From: Lingula anatina
Lineage: Eukaryota > Animalia > Brachiopoda
DNA length: 64,000 bases
Direction of reading: 5' to 3'
NCBI GenBank assembly: GCA_051362555.1
Contig: CM120644.1
Span: forward strand, 17,692,534 to 17,756,533
The first letter of the stretch is position 1, and every line of letters starts with the position of its first letter. Of the stretch, positions 37,320 through 47,860 are shown one piece after another. The translations under genes and the position numbers were made by a program. The notes under the pieces were generated by a model. It worked only from the letters and a program-made list of their open reading frames with translations, had not been told where the DNA came from and did no database searches.

Positions 37320-38645
37320 CTTAATCTTGGTAGGAAACAAATTGGATCTAAAAGGGGCAGAATCTGTTTGAGAAACTGGTAAAGAAATGTAGCTTGACCT
37401 TGAGAAGGACAATTTGGTGATGAAATGAATGTATGTAAGGTCCTGTAAAGGCCGAAATCTACTTAAGAAGCTGGTTTAGAAACGAATGTGCAAGATGCCT
37501 TGAAAATTAGGAAACTGGTTAAAAAGAATCTGGTTAAGAAACGAATGTGCCCTGAAAAGGACAGAATCTGGTTAAGAAAAGAATGTGCCCTGAAAAGGAC
37601 AGAATCTGGTTAAGAAAAGAATGTGCCCTGAAAAGGGCAGAATTTGGTTAAGAAGGAAGTGTACCATAGCCTTGAAAAGGTCAGAAACTGGTAAAGAACA
37701 CAACGTACATAGACCCTGAAAAGGTTAGAAACTAGTAATAAATGTGAACCTTGGTCCTGAAAAGGACAGAATCTGGTTAAGAAGTAAGTGTACCATAGCC
37801 TTGAAAAGGTCAGAAACTGGTAAAGAAGACAACGTACATAGACCCTGAAAAGGTCAGAAACTAGTAACAAATGTGAACCTTAGTCCTGAAAAGGACAGAA
37901 TCTGGTTAATAACGAATGTGCCCTGAAAAGGACAGAATCTGGTTAAGAAGAAAATGTGCCCTGAAAAGGACAGGATCTGATAAAGAAGTAAGTGTACCAT
38001 AACATTGAAAAGGTCAGAAACTGGTAAAGAACACAACATACATAGACACTGAAAAGATCAGAAACTGGTAAAGAAAGGTAAACCTTGGTCCTGAAAAGGT
38101 TAAAAGATGAATGTGCCCTGAAAAGGACAAGATCTGATTAAGAAGGAAATGTACCATAACCATGAAAAGGCGAGAAATTGGTTAAGGACACAACAAACAT
38201 AGACCCTGAAAAGGTCAGTAACTGGTAGAGAACACAACATACATAAACCCTGAAAAGGTCAGAAACTGGTAAAGAAAGGCGAACCTTGGTCCTGAAAAGG
38301 ACAGAATCTGATTAAAAAACGAATGTGCACAAGGCCCTGAAAAGAAGTACGTGTACCTTGGCCTTGAAAAGGTCGGGATCCGGATAAGAGAGCAAATGTG
38401 TATGAGGCCCTGAAAAGGACAGAATTTGTTTAACAAACTAAAGTGCACAAGGCCCTGATTATGAAGGAAGTTTACCTTGGTCCTGAAAAGGTCAGAAACT
38501 GGTTAAGAAAGTTACGTGGATGAGGCCCTAAAAAGGTCAGAAACTGACCTAGAAAGGAAGTGTACCTTGGCCCTGAAAAGGTCGTGATACAGTTAAGTGA
38601 CCAATTTACATGAGGCCCTGAAAAGGTCAGAGTCTGATTAAGAAA
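37320..38645. repeat. Minisatellite of ~30-40-bp units (CCTGAAAAGG(A/T)CAGAA(T/A)CTGGT) with higher-order repeats
   Basis: Dozens of visible copies, ending just before a G-run at 38653. Confidence 0.95.
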
Positions 38646-40599
38646 AGTGAAAGGGGGGGGGGGGGGGGGGTTAGTTCAACTTACTGAGAGAAATTCTTTC
38701 TGATGGGTCCATGCTTATTAGGCTTAAGTTTGTATTGCCCCATGTCCGAAAGGTGTGCTCCAACCCGAGTGGCATTCAGCAAACAAAGTGAAAAATGATA
38801 TTGTTACTACTATTATCATTATTATTATTATTATCACTATTATAAGAATTAAACCCTCGATGATTGAGGGAACTAGTGAATGAAATGCCCTCTTAAGATG
38901 CTTGCCCAGTTGCCAGGGTGTACATCTGGAATTATGTCAGACTCCTGTCTTTGTATGTCTTGTATGTTATCATGGGGTACACTTTACATGAAGGTTTGAA
39001 TCATGGTCTTATTTACTACCGAGGAGACTGAATTTCCCAGATGAAGCCGTTTATTTTGTTTTTGGAGGATTTCTTTATTTACACTCAAATATACGGCAAG
39101 TTGTCATGTTAGCCTCTAAAATAACAGATGCCCAAGATGATTATTAAATTGAGGTATATTATAAAATGCGTTCTTCTATTTCAACCACTGGTCCTAAAAA
39201 CGTTAGGATTTCAAAAGCATGTCTAAGCTAGTGTGCATTTTTGAAACTCAGATATATGTATATAATATATAATATATAAATTTTATGTTTTATCTTGTTG
39301 TGAGTTCAGATGCATAACTTAATAGTCGCCACTGAATTGTTGAATGATTAAAGGAATTCAGTCTATTTCGCCAGTAACTCGTAATTCCAGTGTATTTGTT
39401 CATCTTTATAGCTCGTATTTATCTTTAGAGAACTACTACTAGGCAGCTGTCAGCCTTTATCACTATCATAACAGGTGGCCAGGATGCATTTGCTATGGTG
39501 AGGGCATAATTACCCTCAGCAGTAGGGTCAGGCATTGTAAGCCTCTATCAACTGCTTAATTAAGGGACCAGCCTCAGTTAATAGGCCATAGAAGGGTCGT
39601 AAAGCTGGGTTGTAATTTTAATTTAAATCAGAGAACAGGAGACTTTTCATGGAGCCTTGTGACTTGAAAATGGGTCAGGAATACTAGACATGTTTATACG
39701 ATTAACTAGGGTGGGAAAGTTTTGCAATATCCTACTGAAAGCTGAAAGAGAGAAGTCTTAAGAAAATGGACAGAGGTTATTGAATATGATAAAAATGAAG
39801 GCACTGTGCTTCAATAAGTATTTAAATCTTCCATATCTGGGGGACTTGTAATACCCATGCAAAATTATCTTGCTTACTGAAAAGTGAAAAGCTAATAACT
39901 ATTTACTTCTCTGACTTAATTAAGATGCTCTATCAGTTGTAATGCCCTAAGTAAGTGAACCCAAGTAGTAGATATGTGTGGAGGGTGGGAGTTGATATAA
40001 GACCACAAATTTTCTTCAGAAGACTTAAAGACAGAGCTATAAATGTGAAACTCAATGATAAGTAAACAGTAGGTGTAAATGGTAACTTCAGTGCTAACAA
40101 AAACGAATAGTTGATGAGGAAAGGAGGGTTGATTTTTGGATTGAGCTGGTTTATAATGATGTGCAGGTCAGACTGAGCAAGATACTCTACTTTGCTAAGG
40201 TATCTACCCTGAACAGTGAAACGCCTGACGAGGAATATGATAGAAGTGGGAAACTAAAAGTAGGTAACTGAATCGGCAAAGCATGTGCCCATGTGATATC
40301 CAATAAATTTCGGGACGTTGCGTCCGCCTATGTCTTCAGGTGACTGGAGATTCTACACGCAAGGACCCTTAATTGCTTTGTGCAGTCGCAGTGACCGCTA
40401 TCCGAGTAAACAAGCAACACCTGGATAAAGAACGTTTTGTCAACTGCAACTGCTAAATAGCTAGAGAAACTAAAACTTACCGCATTCATGTAACAGTCAG
40501 CAATTGTACTGTTGATCCTTGCTTGAAGTTGTGCAGAATCTGTCACTGTACGCTTCAACAGATCGAGTGAACTGCTGGAAAGTTCTCATAGAGGTAAAA

Positions 40600-40856
40600 T
40601 GAAATTTTTTGAACTGAAGATTTCAGTTGCAGATTTGAGATAACTTGTAGCTTGATTGTATCATACTCGTGAACAGAATGAATCAAGCAAAATGAGGCCA
40701 GGCAGTGATGCCCCATGGTATAAGTAGCAACATGTGCCTCAAAGGAGATTACCCCTCTAGGGCACAATTGAGCATGTGCAGAATGCCCATGTGCATAAAT
40801 AAGCTCTGGAGATTGTTGTCGCCATAAAATGTCGTTTGACTACGCCAAACTTTCCT
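40600..40856. repeat. 257-bp direct repeat, right copy
   Basis: Matches 35571-35827. Confidence 0.95.
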
Positions 40857-41078
40857 AACGTTCAATAAAAAAAGTCGGATCTTTTTGGCAGGTTTCTCAC
40901 TGGCTTTGAAATACAACTCGTTACGGGCCCTTATAGGAATTTTAACATTCAATTCAGTGAACTTAAAGTAGGCAGTAGGCTACCTTGTTACAAGACCGGC
41001 CGATGTTTACAGGTATTTGTATATGCACTCAGATGACCTTAAGATGTAGATCAATGAAACAGACTTTGGGAGCTCTTT

Positions 41079-41293
41079 GGCTCTATTCCCATAGATTTTA
41101 GATCGATCTATCCCCGCGGGGAGTCTCACTAGATTACTTTCAGATAATCCGACTTAAATGTGTGTCCCGCCTACTACAAGCTGTAAGGGGATAATTAACT
41201 TTCGTGTCCGCCCGGCTGACAGCTATTTAGCGTGAACCCCCAGGGAGTTAGGTCGATCTAAAGTAGGTCGATCTAATCTATGGAAATGGGGTG
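41079..41293. mobile_element. Harbinger-type MITE (reverse-complement copy of 4784-4998)
   Basis: Near-identical sequence with TTT on both sides. Confidence 0.85.
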
Positions 41294-41858
41294 TTTATCA
41301 AAAAGGAATTTTGTACGGGTGGGTGTCTGACCGTCGGGGAACTTTGTTTTGAATCCACGGCTGAGTGGCTTCCCCCATGCTCACAGTTTCAACGCCGATT
41401 TAATGACATCATTTAGTATTCCAAAACCCTGCCAGCGATTTTTCTTAAAAGTCTTAGTTCAAACTTGGACATTATAACGTAATTTTGTCTATAGATCAGA
41501 TTTGATAAAGCAAAATAAATGGGGCTCAAACTCCATAACAAAACCATTTAAACCGAAATGACGGCACGGGATTGGAGTGTATAGGCTACATTCCCGTGGA
41601 TTTAATTGTTCAGGGATGAAGTTACGCCCCATACTGATAGCTCGAGTTGCCTATGCTTATAGCCTACATTGCAACGAAAAAATATTTTATATTTTCTTTT
41701 CATCGTTTTAAATCACCACAAAGCACAAAAATGCATTAAATAATTAGATGCAGGAAAAAACTCATTTTCTGTATCTGGATGAAAAAAAAGAGCCTACAAT
41801 ATCCCTAATTATTATCCCAGCTGTAGATCCGGTATAAGGCGTGATATCCTGCCGTAAG

Positions 41859-41915
<57 letters not shown>

Positions 41916-43137
41916 AGTTTATTCAACCATTGTACATAAATCTTATATACACATAAAACGGAAATTGTTTTACAGTTTCTAAGGACTGCGACAGTGAAGG
42001 TATAGGCCAATGTGCTTGTCGCTTATTTTCTCATAACTCGAATGACTACTGACCGTGATGGGCACTATTGTACATAATGAAGTTATCCACTCGAAATAGG
42101 TGGTATAAATCTGATATCACGCCGTTAAATCATCAAAAATGGCCAACCTGCTTGGTTTGGCAGTAAATTATATGAGGTTTTACAGACGTTCAAAGGTAGA
42201 ATGATATTTATTAGTGGGAGAACTTTTGGAAGAGGTGCGTTTGCTTTTGATGCTTTGAGTGATAGGGCCTAGGCCTAGCTAGGCTACTGATTCCATTGAG
42301 AGGTTGCGCTTCAGCAAGGCCTGACTTGATTAGGCCTATATAACAGACTTGATCAAAGTTGACATCGCGCCTGCTACGAACAGAAACCATGCAATCTCCA
42401 CGAGAGACCAAGTGTTGATTGCTTTGAGATTTTACGCTACTGAATCGATGTTGCTCGTCACCGGCGACACTCACGGCGTACGTGAGGCCTACTAAGTCCT
42501 CGGTTAGTCGGATAGCGGCTCGCGTGACAGAAGAATTACAGCAGAAGGAAGGACGATTTAAACAATTTCCAACTACATCCCAATGAAATAGGCGAAGTAA
42601 GGAGAGGTGTCTACGAGATGGGAAGAAAGCCTGGTGAGAACTGCAGTGTCGATCGACGGCACGCACGTCAAAATCCATGCCCCATCGGAAAATGAATCTG
42701 GCTTTGTCAACAGGAAAGTCTTCCATGGCATAAACATCCAAGCCGTGTGTGACCACAAAGGTAATTTCCTTTTATTTTACTTAAAAAACATGCCTTTTAA
42801 ATCAGCATTGCTATTGACAGACTCTGCCAAACGTTGCCAAGTCGGCCATTTTATTAGAAAGTATGTCACAACCATAGTCCTTCCACTGCATGAGGCACAA
42901 CTAATGCAATGTGGTCTGTTTTGACACTGGCAGTTTCTTCTGGCAGTTTTTTTTCTTATCAAACAACATAGATTATCCTGTAGATATTATTCCCATGATT
43001 TTAATGAATGTGCCATCTTGGAATATAATTATATTGTTTATTTTGTTTTAAGAAAATTATACATTAAGATTTACATTTAAAAAATTAGTTGATTTTTAAA
43101 AAAATTTAATATTGAAAGCCCACGTAATCATAATATA

Positions 43138-43371
43138 CACACACTGGACAATAGAAGTGTCACCCCTACTGAACCAATACTTTGGGGGAGATAAATTACT
43201 GTGGAATGATATGCTCCTGGTATCATTTTATTAACATCAAATTTCACAAAAAGACCAACAATACGATTCCATGGTACAGCGGTTTTATACTCATTAGTCA
43301 CATTATAAGTAGATCAGGCATTATAAAATTACTTTGATCCAGGGGGTGACGCTTCTATTGTCCAGTGTGTG
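43138..43371. mobile_element. Tc1/mariner-type MITE (TA target) in the Harbinger intron
   Basis: ta|CACACACTGGACAATAGAAGTGTCACCCC...GGGGTGACGCTTCTATTGTCCAGTGTGTG|ta. Confidence 0.9.
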
Positions 43372-43577
43372 TATATGTAAATATATATAAATATCATACC
43401 ATTATTGTTATCTTTGACATTTGATATTTAAAATATTTATGAAATTTTAATTCAGATTTATTGCAGACCTACAAGAACACAATTTCTTTATTTTCAGGGA
43501 AATTTACCAACATCAGTACTGCTATGAGGACTGGTGGTACACAGGATAGTCACGTCTTCAGAGCTCTGCGTTAGCAA

Positions 43578-43851
43578 CATGAGCGGATCCAGGATTATTT
43601 GAAGGGGTGGGGGTTGCGGATGCGAAGGCGACCCCCCACCCCACCCCTTGGCGTGGGGTTCGGGGCACGTGGGAGGGCCCCAAAATATTTGGTATTTTAG
43701 AGGGGAAACGGTGCCATTTTGTAGGGTTTAAAAAACTATGATTCAGCAAGTTAAAATTTTAATTTGAGGGGAGCTTGGGTGTGATTTTTTCAGAAATCGA
43801 AGGAGAGGGGGCATGCAGAACCCCCCTGACACCCCCCCAAATCAGCCTCTG
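43578..43851. mobile_element. hAT-like MITE inserted in Harbinger exon 2
   Basis: catgagcggatccag...aaatcagcctctg, degenerate 8-bp duplication gttagcaa/gctaggaa; splits transposase homology. Confidence 0.65.
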
Positions 43852-44083
43852 GCTAGGAACATATGTAGAGGCTAAGAGAGGTGCTGCACAAGGCTTCCTG
43901 TTAGATGACAGATCTATTGGCTATGCATGCATATGCAAGTCTTTCCCGTCGACACCTTATTTACTCCGCATGAATAATCAGCAACAGAGATATAATAGTT
44001 TCCAAAAAAGAAGTTGTAACTTGATCGAGAGAGTTTTTGGACAGTGGAAGAGGCGGTAATACATTTTTTTTTCTTTGTTTATG

Positions 44084-44128
<45 letters not shown>

Positions 44129-44621
44129 TGCAACATAAATACTCATGGATTAAAAATCTTTATCACTTGAGGAATCATGAATTGAAAAAAAAATCACGGT
44201 TTTAAAAAATTGTCATCAGTAGAGAATTCACATCAATAAAAATCTATCAAAATGAAATATAGGCCTATATTTGTTATTTGTCTTTCTATTTGGAACTATA
44301 AATCAACTATTCAAAATTCTTATTCCAAGAGGGGAATATTAGTGTGACTTTTTTAAATCAGAAATCAAAGAAGGGAGGTCAGGATCCCCATGACCCCCAC
44401 CCCCCCTCTACATCGGCCACTGTTCCTCCAGTTCTGGTTTCTTGATTTCTTCACTTGATTGTGGGACTTTTGCCCGCAGGACACTAAATGTCTCCAATTC
44501 TCTCGGCATTCCGTGGCATTTCTACTTGAAAATGCCACGGCTGTCGCTTGCCCGGCTATGGATTTCCAAGTGTGCTTGTTCCTAATTATAGTATTATGTT
44601 TTCCGTAAAGGTTCACTTAGA

Positions 44622-44928
44622 GGCCGTTCACAATGAAAGTTAACGGCCTATCTACTGCACACTAAGGGTGCTTTCCCAGAGATTTAGATCGATCTAAAGA
44701 TTAAGTTTTAGATCGGCATAACTCCATGGGGGATTCTCGCTGAATGCAATCAGATTAACAGATTCACACGTTTACTCCTGGATAAAGTAGAATGCAGTAA
44801 AGCCGTGGCTCTACGAGTAAGTTGAAAACAAGAGGCGTTGCAGTCTGATGACCTGATTGCATTCAGCGAGAGTCCCCGTGGAGTCAATGCGCAGCAGCTA
44901 GGCCGATAAAATCCATTGTGAACGGTTC
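44622..44928. mobile_element. Harbinger-type MITE (possibly chimeric)
   Basis: ggccgttcacaatg...cattgtgaacggttc termini with internal inverted repeats. Confidence 0.65.
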
Positions 44929-44939
44929 AATAGGTGCCA

Positions 44940-46060
44940 TTCAGAAAAGATGATCTGAGTTTCCGTAATGAAACTTCTTTCTGGCTCCTCTTGCTGAAAG
45001 CTTGCTCCATCTTGCAAGAAGCAGACGACAGATGACTACAAAACACAGGGGTATTGTGGGTAATGTTTTTCCAAATATGGCATAGATTACTTTTTTGTCA
45101 GCAACCACATGTATCATGGCTTTATCAGTGTTTATAGCAACCAATTGCATTATGGGAATGTCTTTTTCCAAATATGGTATTGGATAAATTTATCATCCCC
45201 TGGATTACTATCCTGTTTATCCAGACTTTATGAAACGGGACCCTGTACTCGCGTGACTGGAAGTGGTTTCAACAAACCATGCCATATTGTTGCCAGCACG
45301 CAGTCACGGGCAGGTGGCCGGTGTCAACAGGGTTGCTACTTAACGTCATCCTGAGCTTCATAAGTCACCGGAAACTAAAGTCTGCTCATTCCCAATGTAA
45401 CTGTCGGTCCATGTAGATCGATCCAACTCCGCGGGGACTCTCCCTGAATGTAATCGGATTAACACGCCCCTTTTGTTTTCAACGTAATTATATTATCACC
45501 AGCCTTTCTGTATTCTGCTCAACGCTAGGAGGAGGCTTGTTAGTAACTTAATCTGACTGCATTCAGCTAGAGTCCTGTCAGAGCTGGATCGATCTACGTA
45601 GATCGATAGTTTCATTGGGTATGTGGCCAATGTTCTATTATCGGGATGTCTCTGTTGTTTTCGGTAAACTAATATGGAATCCCATGCTGTTAAAAATGGT
45701 TTCCCTACTAGTCTTCGTGCAAAATAACTAGCTTGCAGTAATCTATTGTTCACGAAGGATCTTGAAACGGGTGTTTAAATGACATTCTGCTACTCTTTTC
45801 TGAGGACACTGGTTGTCTTTGTACAACCAGCACGGCGCACTCTAGGGAGAAGACGATCCTGTCTTCTTGGTGTGATACGCGGACACCCTGGTCGAGGTAT
45901 TGGAGTAGGTGTCCCTGTTGTAGCATTTCTTTGGAGGACTTTACTTACGGTTCCTGATAAATGTTGCATTGCCTGGCATTGGCTGTCCGTTTCTGGCCAT
46001 TTTCTCTGAGAGCAAGAATCTAATAGTAAGCTGCGTTGCTTAGCTGTCGAACCATATCTT
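44940..46060 (-). pseudogene. Decayed Tc1-like transposase, interrupted by a MITE at 45411-45598
   Basis: Minus-strand TGTPTPIPRPGCPRITPRRQDRLL...VSRSFVNNRLLQASYFARRLVGKPFLT matches the Tc1 GRPR/HTH region; downstream FLQDGA resembles FQQDNA; many stops. Confidence 0.75.
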
Positions 46061-47860
46061 CTTAAAGGTACCTGTCAAGTTTCAGAGCGATACCTTTGTT
46101 GCTTCTCTTAATACACTCCAAAGATTGGCCAATGCGTTTTTTTAAAATTGCCGAAAAGACCACCCCTCACATTACTGACCACAGAACATACCACTGCATG
46201 CATCAATTGTTTCGAGAGTTGTGTGGTAATTAGGTAACACACCTGGCTACACATGGAGTGACACCTCAGGTTTGGATTTAAAGTAGTTAGAGACAAAATT
46301 AATATTTTTTAGAAAATTTACTCGCCAAAAAATAATATTCCATATTAAGTAGTAACCCTATAAGTTTGTAGTGCTTGTCCATGATTTCATCAAAGGTAGA
46401 ACAAGTGTATTTCTGAAGTCGTTGAAATAAAGGCGAGACACACTGTTGCACGTGTCCAGGTGTGATACTTGATCCTTTTATTTCAAAATTATTGACTGGA
46501 AAGATTAGAAAATCGACAATTAATATTATAGTTACGGACGCAGCAATTACCAGTAATAAAAAACTTGTTCAGTTTTTTAAGGCTGTGTTTTTTCCCATAT
46601 CTTTTATATGCATATGTCATCATAAACACCGGGCGAACCTGTACGCAGGAAGTGTCGTGCTACAGTGTCCTTCCCTTTTCTCTGGACATACATTTGTCAA
46701 TATAAACCATCCTGTCGACGCGCCCAGCTGTGTCGGTATATTTGAGACCAAGGTCTATTGTGGTGAGGCAAGTCGAATTCCGTTGATGAGTAGAAAAGTG
46801 CGTTTTATTTATTTATTTATTTATTTATTTATCTATTTGATACTGGTCGAACCAAGTAATAAATATTGTATGATAAATTTTAAGATGTCAGATACACATT
46901 TAAAAAAAATGATACGTTGCTTTTTAATCCCAAACTCAATACTGTAATATATACATTCTGTTTTCACATCAACTAACAGGGAAAAGTTTAAAGCGTCCAT
47001 CTTAAGCAATCTGCAGGCCGAAAAATACTAGTCCGAAGATGATTATCAAAAATCATTTGAATAGACCATTCAAACACCGACCACACTACAAAAGCGATGT
47101 CGCTTGTTCCCGATGGCCTCCCACCTTCACCATCGCCATTAAATCTCTGCTCCGTGGTTTAATTGCTAGACCCTTGCAGCGAGCGGTTGTGATTTGTGGC
47201 TTGCAGAAGCTACACAAAACACACCAAGCTAGTAAAAGTATTCTGTGTATCTATTCAACATGATGTATCTTTCCGTATGATTACACATCATCCAGTGACC
47301 CAAAACATTTTCAACCACATCAGTCGAGTTTCAAGTGCATCCCTCATACGTCAGTACGCCTTACTTTTTATTGTTACACTCAGCTTTCCTGGTCATCTTT
47401 TGAGAAATGGCCTTCCGCACCTAACAAACAGTCTACCGATCTCAAACGGAAGCCATGGACACTTAAGGAACGCCCGACTTACACTTAGAGCAGTTAACTT
47501 GTCCGTCGGTAAGATCGCGTGACATGAACGATACATGGTGTCGAGATATTTTCCCTGCCCTTTTACGACCGGCGCTCGTCAGGACAACGAACCGAGAATA
47601 AAAACCGAATTAAACTTATTCGCAGAGAGAAGTCAACTGCCAGTCCGCCAACGAAAAAGTCATCGACCTGGATGCCTTGGTTTTCGTCTTGTTTGCCATG
47701 CAAAGAAAATACTTATTTTCTAAACGATGATTTTACCAGGAGTAAAGAATAAAGGAAACAGATCGCGAAGTTGGTTTAACTTTCTTTTTATTGATTCACC
47801 TCAGCGCGGAGCCTTTGAAAGAGAATAAACACCCTGACAGAAGGAGTAAAATCTATTAAC

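Larger units (their letters stand above)
42139..44055 (+). pseudogene. Intron-containing PIF/Harbinger (HARBI1-like) DDE transposase pseudogene
   Basis: Fragments LSD..IERLRFSKA..YITDLI..RNHAISTRDQVLIALRFYAT..GDTHGVTKSSVSR; [36 protein letters not shown]|G(intron 42761-43497)KFTNI...TQDSHVF; FLLDD..GY..TPY..QQRYNSFQKRSCNLIERVFGQWKRR|gt. Disrupted by stops, small insertions and a MITE. Confidence 0.9.

Noticed and set aside
36360-38645. CRISPR-like repeat-spacer appearance
   Set aside because: Eukaryotic context, no cas genes, and the spacers are (AAAT)n or recurrent variants rather than unique sequences
35571-40856. Canonical LTR retrotransposon
   Set aside because: Repeats lack TG...CA ends, target duplication, PBS/PPT and recognisable gag-pol; kept only as an unexplained structure
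42211-42756. 181-aa minus-strand ORF
   Set aside because: Antisense shadow of the Harbinger transposase pseudogene
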